IMG/VR virus record: IMGVR_UViG_3300029787_003156
Strand: one strand, 5' to 3'
DNA length: 64,000 bases
Source: an uncultured virus (IMG/VR IMGVR_UViG_3300029787_003156)
Taxonomy: Duplodnaviria > Heunggongvirae > Uroviricota > Caudoviricetes
In this document: piece after piece, positions 1 to 7,822 of the stretch
Numbering within the stretch: the stretch's first letter is position 1
Layout: each line of letters starts with the position of its first letter
Notes under the pieces: generated by a model
The model's input: only the letters and a program-made list of their open reading frames with translations
Told to the model about the DNA's origin: nothing
Database searches by the model: none
Program-made: the position numbers and the translations under genes

Positions 1-764
1 ATATCAAATCCCATCTCTCCTACAGGTTGCATCAACACCTGTGCTAGAGGATCTACAATAGCAATCTTCATACACTTATATACTTCTGCACATCTAAGTA
101 AACCATCAGGATGTTTTATCTTACCATGATTATTAGGTAACTGAACTACAAGACCAAATGCATTATCAAAATCTTCTAGTTCAAATTTATCTAAATCTAT
201 TGGAAGAACTTTTATACCTAAAGGTTTTGCTCTTGTTCTTAGTATATCTAACGTCTGAGAAAATATATTATTATCAACTAGAAAAACATTCTTATTAGAT
301 GTTGCATTATATGCTAACGTCATAGCTTCTGCTGCTGCAGTTGCTTCATCTAATAAAGATGCATTTGCTACTGGTAGTCCAGTAAGTTCTGTTACTAGTG
401 TCTGAAAATTAAATAATGCTTCTAATCTACCCTGTGATATCTCTGCCTGATAAGGTGTGTATGATGTATACCATGAAGGATTCTCTAATACATTCCTTTG
501 TATTACTGGTGGTGTGATTGTACCGTAATACCCTTTACCAATCAATGATCTTTTAACTTGATTCTTTTTAACTATTTCTTTTAGTTCTTCTAATGCTTCA
601 TACTCACTACAACCTTCTGGTAATTTATAATCACCACGAAGTAAAATAGAATCAGGAACTATTTCTCTAACAAGTTCATCCAAAGTAGAAAGACCCAAAT
701 CCTCTAGCATCTGGGTCTGTTGATCCTTAGAAGGACCGATATGTCTTGTGACAAATTCACTCAT
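1..764 (-). CDS. gcvP: Glycine dehydrogenase (glycine cleavage system P protein), N-terminal part; runs off the window; auxiliary metabolic gene
   Basis: Not in the ORF track. Manual translation from ATG at 764: MSEFVTRHIGPSKDQQTQMLEDLG...SLIGKGYYGTITPPVIQRNVLENPSWYTSYTPYQAEISQGRLEALFNFQTLVTELTGLPVANASLLDEATAAAEAM... These are the hallmark GcvP N-terminal motifs. The frame stays open to the window edge. Confidence 0.95.
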   Translation of the reverse strand, partial: MSEFVTRHIGPSKDQQTQMLEDLGLSTLDELVREIVPDSILLRGDYKLPEGCSEYEALEELKEIVKKNQVKRSLIGKGYYGTITPPVIQRNVLENPSWYTSYTPYQAEISQGRLEALFNFQTLVTELTGLPVANASLLDEATAAAEAMTLAYNATSNKNVFLVDNNIFSQTLDILRTRAKPLGIKVLPIDLDKFELEDFDNAFGLVVQLPNNHGKIKHPDGLLRCAEVYKCMKIAIVDPLAQVLMQPVGEMGFD

Positions 765-770
765 ATTTTT

Positions 771-2492
771 TTAGGTATCTTCAGACATCTTTGAGAAATC
801 ATTTACTTTTTCAAACTCTAGTGTCCTCTTAAACTTATCTATGAGGATTTCACCTTTGTGTGATATGACAAATAAATTAGTATCTTGACCTAACTTTAAA
901 AGTATACTAATCAAATCATTCACAGCAGATGCATCAAGAGAACTATCGAATACTTCATCAAGTATAAGAAGATTAGTTGCTGCTGAGTTTTTCATACGAG
1001 CAATCTCTCTCCATGTAAAGAGAAGTGCTAAATCAATCTTCTGTTTCTCTCCTTCAGAGAAAGATGAATAAGTAAACTCGTCTCTAAATCTACTCTTAAT
1101 GACTTCATTGAATTCTTCATCAAGAGTAAAATTAAAGAAGGTGTCCATGTTATGCAGATATTTATTAATCAATGTATTGAAAACAGGAATATATTTTTTA
1201 ATAATTTTTGCTTTGATTCCTGAGTCTCTTAATAAATTAGATACTACTTTATATTCATCTAACTCAGCAGACACCTTACCACACTTGTCTCTAGTATTTT
1301 CTAGATCCATTGTTAGACCATTTAGAATATGATTCTCTTTATCAATATTAGGAGTATCACGTCCTAGTTTATCCAACTCCTGTTCAATAGTCAGTGTGTC
1401 CTTTTCCAAACGAATAATATCTCTATCATAAGATGAGATTTGACTACGAAGTTGATACACCTCTTCAGATATAGATTCTAGTTCTTCAATAGTTTTTACA
1501 ACAACAGTAATCTGATCTTTAAATTCATTTGTTTTCTTTGTAAGAGATACACCATCTTTAGTTAGAACATCTATCTTATCCTTTTTAAACTCTGGATTTA
1601 TAACTTGTGTACATGTAGGACATGAATCATTATTCTTAAAGAATTTTGTTTCTTTAGTAACTCTTCTTAGTTCTGATTTAAGATCAGATTCTGTAGACCG
1701 TAAATCTTGTAATGATTTTTTATGTTCATCAAATCCTTTTAACTCTCCTTCAGAAGTAGATAGTTCATGTTCACTTTCTTCTTTATCCTTACATAACTGT
1801 AAGATCTGTAGATTCTTTTTATTTAATTTTTTTAGTTGTACTTCTTTCAATTCTGAATTGACTTCTTTAAGAGAATCAATTAATTTTTCTTGTGATGATA
1901 CTTTCTCTTCTGCTAGTGATACTAGGTGTGTGCAGTCTTTATCTTTCTGTGATGCTGATCGAACTCGGTCTTTCAGCAGTTGATTCATTTGTGAGAAGAT
2001 ATTGATGTCCAATAAATCTTCGATAACTTCTCTCCTGTGAGGAGCTTTGAGTTGCATGAAGGGGACAAATGTGGATGAACCCAAGATGACGACTTGTGTG
2101 AAAGACTTGTAGTTGAGTTTGAGAATGCTTTGTTCGAGATATTTCTGCATGTCTTTGGTTGCAGCATCCTTATCAAGTGGCTTATTGTTCCTATAAACCT
2201 CGAACATAGTTGGTTTAATTCCTCTGAATACACGGTACTCATCCCTCCCTATAGTAAATACCAGTTCGACTTTAGTTCCTTTTTCGTTAATACTATTAAC
2301 TAATTGACCTTTACTTATTTTACGAAAAGGTTTATTAAATAAAGCAAAAGTAAGTGCATCCAACATAGTGGATTTACCTGCTCCATTTGCACCAACTATT
2401 AAAGTTGATGTAGTTGTATTTAGATTTATTTCAATCCATTGGTCACCAGTGGAAAGAAAGTTTTTCCACTTTAAAGTTTCAAAGGTAATCAT
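771..2492 (-). CDS. g46: Recombination endonuclease subunit, Rad50/SbcC-like ATPase (T4 gp46)
   Basis: Walker A GANGAGKS, coiled coil with CPTC zinc hook, ABC signature FSEGE, Walker B LILDEVFD; next to g47. Confidence 0.96.
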   Translation of the reverse strand: MITFETLKWKNFLSTGDQWIEINLNTTTSTLIVGANGAGKSTMLDALTFALFNKPFRKISKGQLVNSINEKGTKVELVFTIGRDEYRVFRGIKPTMFEVYRNNKPLDKDAATKDMQKYLEQSILKLNYKSFTQVVILGSSTFVPFMQLKAPHRREVIEDLLDINIFSQMNQLLKDRVRSASQKDKDCTHLVSLAEEKVSSQEKLIDSLKEVNSELKEVQLKKLNKKNLQILQLCKDKEESEHELSTSEGELKGFDEHKKSLQDLRSTESDLKSELRRVTKETKFFKNNDSCPTCTQVINPEFKKDKIDVLTKDGVSLTKKTNEFKDQITVVVKTIEELESISEEVYQLRSQISSYDRDIIRLEKDTLTIEQELDKLGRDTPNIDKENHILNGLTMDLENTRDKCGKVSAELDEYKVVSNLLRDSGIKAKIIKKYIPVFNTLINKYLHNMDTFFNFTLDEEFNEVIKSRFRDEFTYSSFSEGEKQKIDLALLFTWREIARMKNSAATNLLILDEVFDSSLDASAVNDLISILLKLGQDTNLFVISHKGEILIDKFKRTLEFEKVNDFSKMSEDT

Positions 2493-2746
2493 TTAATAGG
2501 GGGAATCACAAAGTCATCAGGTGTTACAACGGTATAATTATATCCGTAGTTACTACAGTTAAGAGCAACGATATCTGGGTCTACTTCCATAACTTCTAAA
2601 CCTACTTGGAAATCAGGTTCAGCTTGAAGTAATGTGAGATATCTATCAGCATCATCTTTTTCTTCAAAACATTGTACAGTTTTTTTCTTGTCATTATTCA
2701 TGACATGATAAACTCCACCTTGTTTAGAAGTAGTTAAAATAAACAT
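2489..2746 (-). CDS. Small conserved protein, DUF3110-like (cyanobacterial/cyanophage family)
   Basis: 85 aa with FEEKDDADRY..LL.A and C-terminal C...GY....V.P....IPP, a pattern I recall for DUF3110. Translationally coupled between g47 and g46. Confidence 0.65.
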   Translation of the reverse strand: MFILTTSKQGGVYHVMNNDKKKTVQCFEEKDDADRYLTLLQAEPDFQVGLEVMEVDPDIVALNCSNYGYNYTVVTPDDFVIPPIK

Positions 2747-3780
2747 TATAACTCTGATGCCTCCATATAAAGTGATCTCATAACTGATTTAACATTATCT
2801 TTGTTTACTTTTACTTCAATTTCATCTATGTAGTTATCCAATAAGGTCAAAGTATCTTCGGTCTCTACTGTAGTATCACCTTCTTCAAGGTTAACACTAA
2901 GGTCTTCTACAATTTTAAGATCTGCAAGACCTATCTCTTGTAGTTTTCTAACGTTATAATCAAACTTAGCATAGTCACCTTTATCTTCTACAATTAATTT
3001 TACGAATGTTCCTTCCAGTTCGCCTTCACTCGGTGCCACAAGTTTATTATTATAATAAAGCTTATGAAAAGTGTTATAGGGATTCCTGTAAAAAGTAGTT
3101 CGTAAAGTTTCTGTGTCGAAGACATGGAATCCTCTTCTTTGTCCATAATCACCCCAGTATAATTGGTATGGATTGCCAAGATAATAGCAATTCTCCATAT
3201 TAGATTTAGTATGATAGTGTCCAGAGAACACTTTCTTAAATTTTTGGAACACATACATGTCGGTTCCATTCTGCATTACATGACCAGGATGTGCTTCAAA
3301 ACCATTCAGTTCTAAGTGTCCCATGCATACTTCTGCATCAGTCTCAGTAATTACCCTAAGAGTTTTGTCATAGTTGTCATCACATATCCAAGGTAACATA
3401 AGAATATCCAACCCATCATAGTTGATAGTAGTTGGTTTGTCTACTGTATCAAAGTTTTCATACTCTCCTAACAGTTCTGTTGGAGCATTTATCCTAAGTG
3501 TATTCTTATAATATATGTCATGGTTACCTACTAGACTAGTCATATGACATCCTAGATCTGTAATAGGATCAAACCACATCTTCTTTGCCTCATCCAGAGA
3601 CATATAATTTATTGATCTACGTTTATCGAAGGTATCACCTAGATTAATTATTTCTTTTATGCCTAACTTCTCTATAAAAGGTATGACAACATTACCATAG
3701 AACTTTTTATAGTGTTCTATAAAGTACACGTTATCATTACGAACACCAAAGTGTTGATCAGTAATTAGAAGGATCTTCAT
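2746..3780 (-). CDS. g47: Recombination endonuclease subunit, Mre11/SbcD-like nuclease (T4 gp47)
   Basis: Metallophosphoesterase motifs TDQHFG, LGDTFD, GNHD, GHLE, SGHYH. Confidence 0.96.
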   Translation of the reverse strand: MKILLITDQHFGVRNDNVYFIEHYKKFYGNVVIPFIEKLGIKEIINLGDTFDKRRSINYMSLDEAKKMWFDPITDLGCHMTSLVGNHDIYYKNTLRINAPTELLGEYENFDTVDKPTTINYDGLDILMLPWICDDNYDKTLRVITETDAEVCMGHLELNGFEAHPGHVMQNGTDMYVFQKFKKVFSGHYHTKSNMENCYYLGNPYQLYWGDYGQRRGFHVFDTETLRTTFYRNPYNTFHKLYYNNKLVAPSEGELEGTFVKLIVEDKGDYAKFDYNVRKLQEIGLADLKIVEDLSVNLEEGDTTVETEDTLTLLDNYIDEIEVKVNKDNVKSVMRSLYMEASEL

Positions 3781-4250
3781 CGTTTAGTGTTCATCTCAAC
3801 ACGACTTTTAATCTGATTATAGTCGGGATTTGCGTCTCCGTCAACTGAAAATACATGATCGTAGCCTGATTTCTCTAAAATTTTATCTTTAATATCCATT
3901 TGACGTTTCTCTTTTGCAATTCTTCTAAGGAAAGCGTAGTATACTATTTGTGTAAAGTATGCAAAAGGATTTCTTGACTTCTCTGGATCAAAATTATCAA
4001 TATATTGAATACAATTTTCTATTCCATCACATACCATGTCATCTTTATACATGTAATTGATGAAATTAGGTCTGTACGACAAGTGAGTAGCGATTTTAAG
4101 GAAACAACTTCCTATATAATTGCTCACGCGGGGTTTGGACTTGCCAGATTCCTCCGCTTCCTTGACTTTTCTTTTATATTTGATAATGTGATTTAAAAAT
4201 TCAGCATTGTCAACGTAATGTGGCTTCTTTTTGGGGTTCGCCTTCCTCAT
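3777..4250 (-). CDS. g55: Late-transcription sigma factor (T4 gp55)
   Basis: HYVDNAEF, IGSCFLKIATHLSYRPNFINY, NPFAYFTQIVYYAFLRRIAKEKRQ; GGAGG RBS 6 nt upstream. Confidence 0.95.
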   Translation of the reverse strand: MRKANPKKKPHYVDNAEFLNHIIKYKRKVKEAEESGKSKPRVSNYIGSCFLKIATHLSYRPNFINYMYKDDMVCDGIENCIQYIDNFDPEKSRNPFAYFTQIVYYAFLRRIAKEKRQMDIKDKILEKSGYDHVFSVDGDANPDYNQIKSRVEMNTKR

Positions 4251-4273
4251 ATTTGTCCTCCGACAATAGTTTT

Positions 4274-4302
4274 ATTATAGCAGGGCTTGACAAAGGTGTC
4301 AA
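4274..4302 (-). promoter_or_regulatory. Consensus sigma70-type (early/middle) promoter of the g55-g47-g46-gcvP operon
   Basis: Minus strand TTGACA (4302-4297), 17-nt spacer, TATAAT (4279-4274), with extended -10 TGn. Confidence 0.9.
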
Positions 4303-4315
4303 ATCACTATACAAT
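4287..4315 (+). promoter_or_regulatory. Overlapping divergent sigma70-type promoter, firing antisense to the 4330-4797 gene and uvsW
   Basis: Plus strand TTGACA (4287-4292), 17-nt spacer, TACAAT (4310-4315). The two -35 boxes form the palindrome TTGACA-AAGG-TGTCAA. Confidence 0.65.
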
Positions 4316-4329
4316 AACCATGTAAGGGT

Positions 4330-4797
4330 TCAAGGGGATTTTGGATCTTCTTTAAAGAGTTTTTCAAACCTCTTTCTTGCTTCATCTATCTTCCCTATAA
4401 AACCTCTAGTTTTATTGAGTTCAGTTCTCATCTTAGATTTCTTTTCGCCCAACCCGTCGGCACCGTGGATGAATGCTTCATACATGAATATGACTTCTTT
4501 GTTCATAGATGAAATAGTAACTATATCTTTCTCTCTTATAATATAAAAATCTTCATCTGATAGTTGTTGCCATTTGGTAAATCCTATAGCACGTGCTATT
4601 TTATATTCTCCTGTCGGAGATACTTTCTGATCTTCAACTGGTTTATCAATAAGTTGAACTACAACTGGGTCTTGAATAAAAACTAATGACTCACCTTGAT
4701 CTTCTGTAAGTACTGATCGACCAAGCACCTCTTCCCCACTTATGAGTTTGAAAACTCCATAGAACTCTTCTTCATGTTTAGCGTAGTTTATTGACAT
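4330..4797 (-). CDS. Conserved cyanomyophage hypothetical protein between uvsW and g55 (possible Sm-like N-terminal fold)
   Basis: 155 aa; FYGVFKLISGEEVLG N-terminal motif; syntenic position typical of cyanomyophages. Confidence 0.75.
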   Translation of the reverse strand: MSINYAKHEEEFYGVFKLISGEEVLGRSVLTEDQGESLVFIQDPVVVQLIDKPVEDQKVSPTGEYKIARAIGFTKWQQLSDEDFYIIREKDIVTISSMNKEVIFMYEAFIHGADGLGEKKSKMRTELNKTRGFIGKIDEARKRFEKLFKEDPKSP

Positions 4798-4801
4798 TAG
4801 G

Positions 4802-6262
4802 TTAGAGGGTTACTTCTACAATTTCATACTTAAAATTTTCTTCCTTATAAATTTTTATCCTTTCATACAAATGTCGGAGAGTATAATTCTTTCCTGTATC
4901 TGTAGATATATCGTCAGCTATATCATATAGAGTAGCTTTGGATTTGTTTTCTCCTTTCCTTAATACACGTCCTATAGATTGTAGGTTGCGTATCCTTGAT
5001 TTGGAGGGCGATGCAAAAATAACATTATGTAGATTTTTAATATTGATACCTGTAGAGAACGTTCCTAGAGATGCTACTATAATAGATTCTCCATCAACAG
5101 ATCTCTCAACAAGGAAACGGATATCTTCCCTATCTTCTGTCTCAACTCCACCATGAACCAAATACACAGACTTATCTGTATAATTATTTATCATCTCATA
5201 TAAAGGGACTCCATGCTTTTCTACGTAGTTGAATAGCACTAAAGTATTACCTTGTAGATCAGACGCTAGGTTTCGGATAAACTTATTACGGTTTTCATGT
5301 TCGGTCAGGTACTCTATCTCTTCCTGATATCCTTCAAATATTTTTTCGTTGTGCTTCAATAATATAATATTAATCTTTAACTTAGCAAGATGTCCTTTCT
5401 GCATTAGACTTTCTGTCTTAGTTACCTTAGAACATCTACCAAATACACCTTCTAATACTAGTTGATTTACATTAGTTCCATCTAATGTTCCAGTAAATCC
5501 ATACCTATACTTACAGTCATGTAACTTAGACATCAATCTTGTCAGTGACTTAGCCTTGAATAAATGTGCTTCATCGCCTATAATAACATCATAGCGTTCA
5601 AACCATTTACGTGGTTCTTTGTATATGGATTGCCAAGTAGTAATAGTTACTGGATGATCTGTATACTTATCTTCTCCACCGTATATCTTATGACAGTATG
5701 CAGATGCTTTCCATCCATACTCCTCAAAGTCCTTATACATTTGTTCTACAAGAGAAGTTGTGGGAACTACAATTAGAACCTGTCTCTTTACATTTACATG
5801 AAACCTAACCAATGAATAGATCATTAAGGATTTCCCACTGGCAGTTGGCGACAATAGGACTCGTCTGTTGTATCTCAGGCATTCGTATATTGCTTTCAGT
5901 TGGTAGTCGCGTACCTTTACAGGAAGAGAAAGTGCCTTCACAAACCCCGCAACAGCCTCAGGAGTTATTAGATCGTTCTCATCAGATGGAAGACCAAAGT
6001 GTTCGTGCTGTTGAATCTCGTATGAATATCCCTTCTTCTTTGCCCAGTCAATTAGATATGAATATAGACCACAATAAATCTCTCCAGTAGCAGGAGAATA
6101 TAATCTTACTTTTCCATCCCATCCTTTATACCTTCGATTCTTCTGCATATACTTTGCATTATCGACATCGAAAGTAAAGAAGTCTGCTAGTTCTTGATGG
6201 GTGGAGGGTTCTGCGTCAACTTTTAAATATACTTCATTCTTCTTTTTGATCGTAAGATCCAT
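4802..6262 (-). CDS. uvsW: SF2 RNA-DNA/DNA-DNA helicase UvsW
   Basis: WDGKVRLY N-domain, Walker A SPTASGKS, DEAH box, TGT motif III, QSIGRVLR motif VI. Confidence 0.96.
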   Translation of the reverse strand: MDLTIKKKNEVYLKVDAEPSTHQELADFFTFDVDNAKYMQKNRRYKGWDGKVRLYSPATGEIYCGLYSYLIDWAKKKGYSYEIQQHEHFGLPSDENDLITPEAVAGFVKALSLPVKVRDYQLKAIYECLRYNRRVLLSPTASGKSLMIYSLVRFHVNVKRQVLIVVPTTSLVEQMYKDFEEYGWKASAYCHKIYGGEDKYTDHPVTITTWQSIYKEPRKWFERYDVIIGDEAHLFKAKSLTRLMSKLHDCKYRYGFTGTLDGTNVNQLVLEGVFGRCSKVTKTESLMQKGHLAKLKINIILLKHNEKIFEGYQEEIEYLTEHENRNKFIRNLASDLQGNTLVLFNYVEKHGVPLYEMINNYTDKSVYLVHGGVETEDREDIRFLVERSVDGESIIVASLGTFSTGINIKNLHNVIFASPSKSRIRNLQSIGRVLRKGENKSKATLYDIADDISTDTGKNYTLRHLYERIKIYKEENFKYEIVEVTL

Positions 6263-6265
6263 GAA

Positions 6266-6694
6266 TTACATACCACTTTGAAACCTCTCCCACTCGATAG
6301 CATTTTTGATTTGAAAGTTTCTACTTCCAATTTGCTTCAAGACTCCATCTAAAAAGAAGAGGACTTGATCTATATAGTCGATCTTTAATTGAAGTTTTTG
6401 TATGTCATCATCAGACTCGATGAACATATTAATTTCTTCTTTAGTTGTTAATTTAAAATCAAATGGCAGTTCTTTATATACTGCAGCAGTTGCTTTACCC
6501 TTATAGTATATCCATTTTTGTCTTACAAGTTTTCTATATTCAGAATTTCTTTCTTTCTTCATCAAAGCATAGGTGTTATATATTTCCATGTACCTTAAGT
6601 GAAGTTGAGGAATTCTTGTAGACTCCTCACCATACTTATCAGGATCAATAACAGAGTCAGTTCTCCACTGATCCTGTAATGCTTCCAAATTCAT
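6266..6694 (-). CDS. uvsY: Recombination mediator UvsY
   Basis: 142 aa helical protein: D..ID...GEESTRIPQLH.RY, YY.GKA, RNFQIKNAIEW.RF; immediately upstream of uvsW. Confidence 0.92.
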   Translation of the reverse strand: MNLEALQDQWRTDSVIDPDKYGEESTRIPQLHLRYMEIYNTYALMKKERNSEYRKLVRQKWIYYKGKATAAVYKELPFDFKLTTKEEINMFIESDDDIQKLQLKIDYIDQVLFFLDGVLKQIGSRNFQIKNAIEWERFQSGM

Positions 6695-6696
6695 AA

Positions 6697-6960
6697 TTAA
6701 ATACCCATGTCTTTTTCTTGTCTTAGGAAATCTTTCAATGAAGATTGTAATTGTCCTTTGTTTTCAGATGGATGGTCTTCCTTAATCCCTTTGCTCTTCT
6801 TCCACTCCGAGTGCATCGCTCCCAGTATCCAAGCTTGACTCAGACCCTTGGGTCCTTCTTTCAACAATTGGATTTGAAATTTCGATAGACCAGTCGGGTT
6901 CTCCAAAAGTTCCTGTCTCCACCCGCTTAACCATTGATTGTTTTCGTTGGGTTCTGTCAT
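6697..6960 (-). CDS. Hypothetical protein (87 aa), overlaps the upstream gene by 179 nt
   Basis: Ends 2 nt before the uvsY start; natural-looking composition (LSKFQIQLLKEGPKGLSQAWILGAM). Confidence 0.6.
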   Translation of the reverse strand: MTEPNENNQWLSGWRQELLENPTGLSKFQIQLLKEGPKGLSQAWILGAMHSEWKKSKGIKEDHPSENKGQLQSSLKDFLRQEKDMGI

Positions 6961-7189
6961 TTTCTTCCCACTGTTTGAGTAGTTGTTGTGATTGTGAATC
7001 TACGTTCAACATGACATTACCTATCTTAACACGGATCCATTCTTTTTTCAAGTATTCGATCATACCTAATAAAAGATGCTGAGTAAAAGGGTTCTTAATT
7101 TTCCTTTTTACCCACCTTTCTGCTTTCATATACCAAGTAATTTTGCCTGATCCGATCAGTAATGTCTTCTCAAACTTTATTTTTGGCAT
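6782..7189 (-). CDS. Hypothetical protein (135 aa)
   Basis: Start overlaps the g3 stop (TAATG); basic amphipathic N-half and acidic tail. Confidence 0.65.
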   Translation of the reverse strand: MPKIKFEKTLLIGSGKITWYMKAERWVKRKIKNPFTQHLLLGMIEYLKKEWIRVKIGNVMLNVDSQSQQLLKQWEENDRTQRKQSMVKRVETGTFGEPDWSIEISNPIVERRTQGSESSLDTGSDALGVEEEQRD

Positions 7190-7746
7190 TAACGTTTGAT
7201 AGTAGAGTTGACGTTTCTTATTTCATATAGTATATATCGAAAAGTAGCTGAAGCAGTTAGGTAGTTATTGTCACCAGATGTGACATCGAATGGTAGAGCA
7301 CTCAATTCTACTGGAAAACATTCTTTAAATACAATATCAAAGTTAGCCAAGTTATTATTATTCAGTACCTGTAGAGTAGCATCTGAAAATCTAGTATCTC
7401 TAGAGATCGGCATCCTCTTTTCATTCCACTGATCGTGCCATTCATTTCTTTCTTGTTGATCTTGAGGTGTTCCTAATGCTCTCATCCAGTTATGGAGTTC
7501 CATATAATTTCTTAAATCTTCATCAACTATAAACTCAATACTTAAATCTTGATATCTCATGTTTCCTTCTATGGGAATAGGAGCAAAACCACGTGTAGGT
7601 ATATCAATATCACCCAACACCATTGTAGGGACGGTTGCTTTCTGACATAGAAAAGCAGTCTTTCTTGCTTTTTCTATCAGAAAAACAAATCCTATCGGTG
7701 ATAAGAAGTTCTTGTTTGTAAGTTGGTCTTTATACCAATTAGCCAT
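7189..7746 (-). CDS. g3: Tail tube terminator / head-proximal tail tip protein (T4 gp3)
   Basis: NFLSPIGF, F.VDEDLRNY.E.HNW, SDATL.VLNN, FP..LS.L.FD motifs; follows g23 and has its own late promoter. Confidence 0.88.
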   Translation of the reverse strand: MANWYKDQLTNKNFLSPIGFVFLIEKARKTAFLCQKATVPTMVLGDIDIPTRGFAPIPIEGNMRYQDLSIEFIVDEDLRNYMELHNWMRALGTPQDQQERNEWHDQWNEKRMPISRDTRFSDATLQVLNNNNLANFDIVFKECFPVELSALPFDVTSGDNNYLTASATFRYILYEIRNVNSTIKR

Positions 7747-7760
7747 TAAACTTTTTTAAG

Positions 7761-7767
7761 TATTTAT
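7761..7767 (-). promoter_or_regulatory. gp55-dependent late promoter (ATAAATA) for g3-uvsY-uvsW
   Basis: ATAAATA 14 nt upstream of the g3 ATG, directly after the g23 terminator. Confidence 0.75.
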
Positions 7768-7774
7768 GTGACAT

Positions 7775-7800
7775 AAAAAAAAGAGACCCGAAGGTCTCTT
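7775..7800 (-). terminator. Rho-independent terminator after g23 with C(UUCG)G tetraloop
   Basis: Minus strand AAGAGACC-TTCG-GGTCTCTT followed by a T run. Confidence 0.9.
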
Positions 7801-7822
7801 AGTAAGATATGTAATATCTGAA

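Noticed and set aside
4220..4546. Plus-strand 108-aa ORF as the target of the divergent promoter
   Set aside because: It starts upstream of the promoter and is antisense to two real genes.
7747..7822. Absence of g24, hoc and soc after g23
   Set aside because: Normal for cyanomyophages, so not a novelty.
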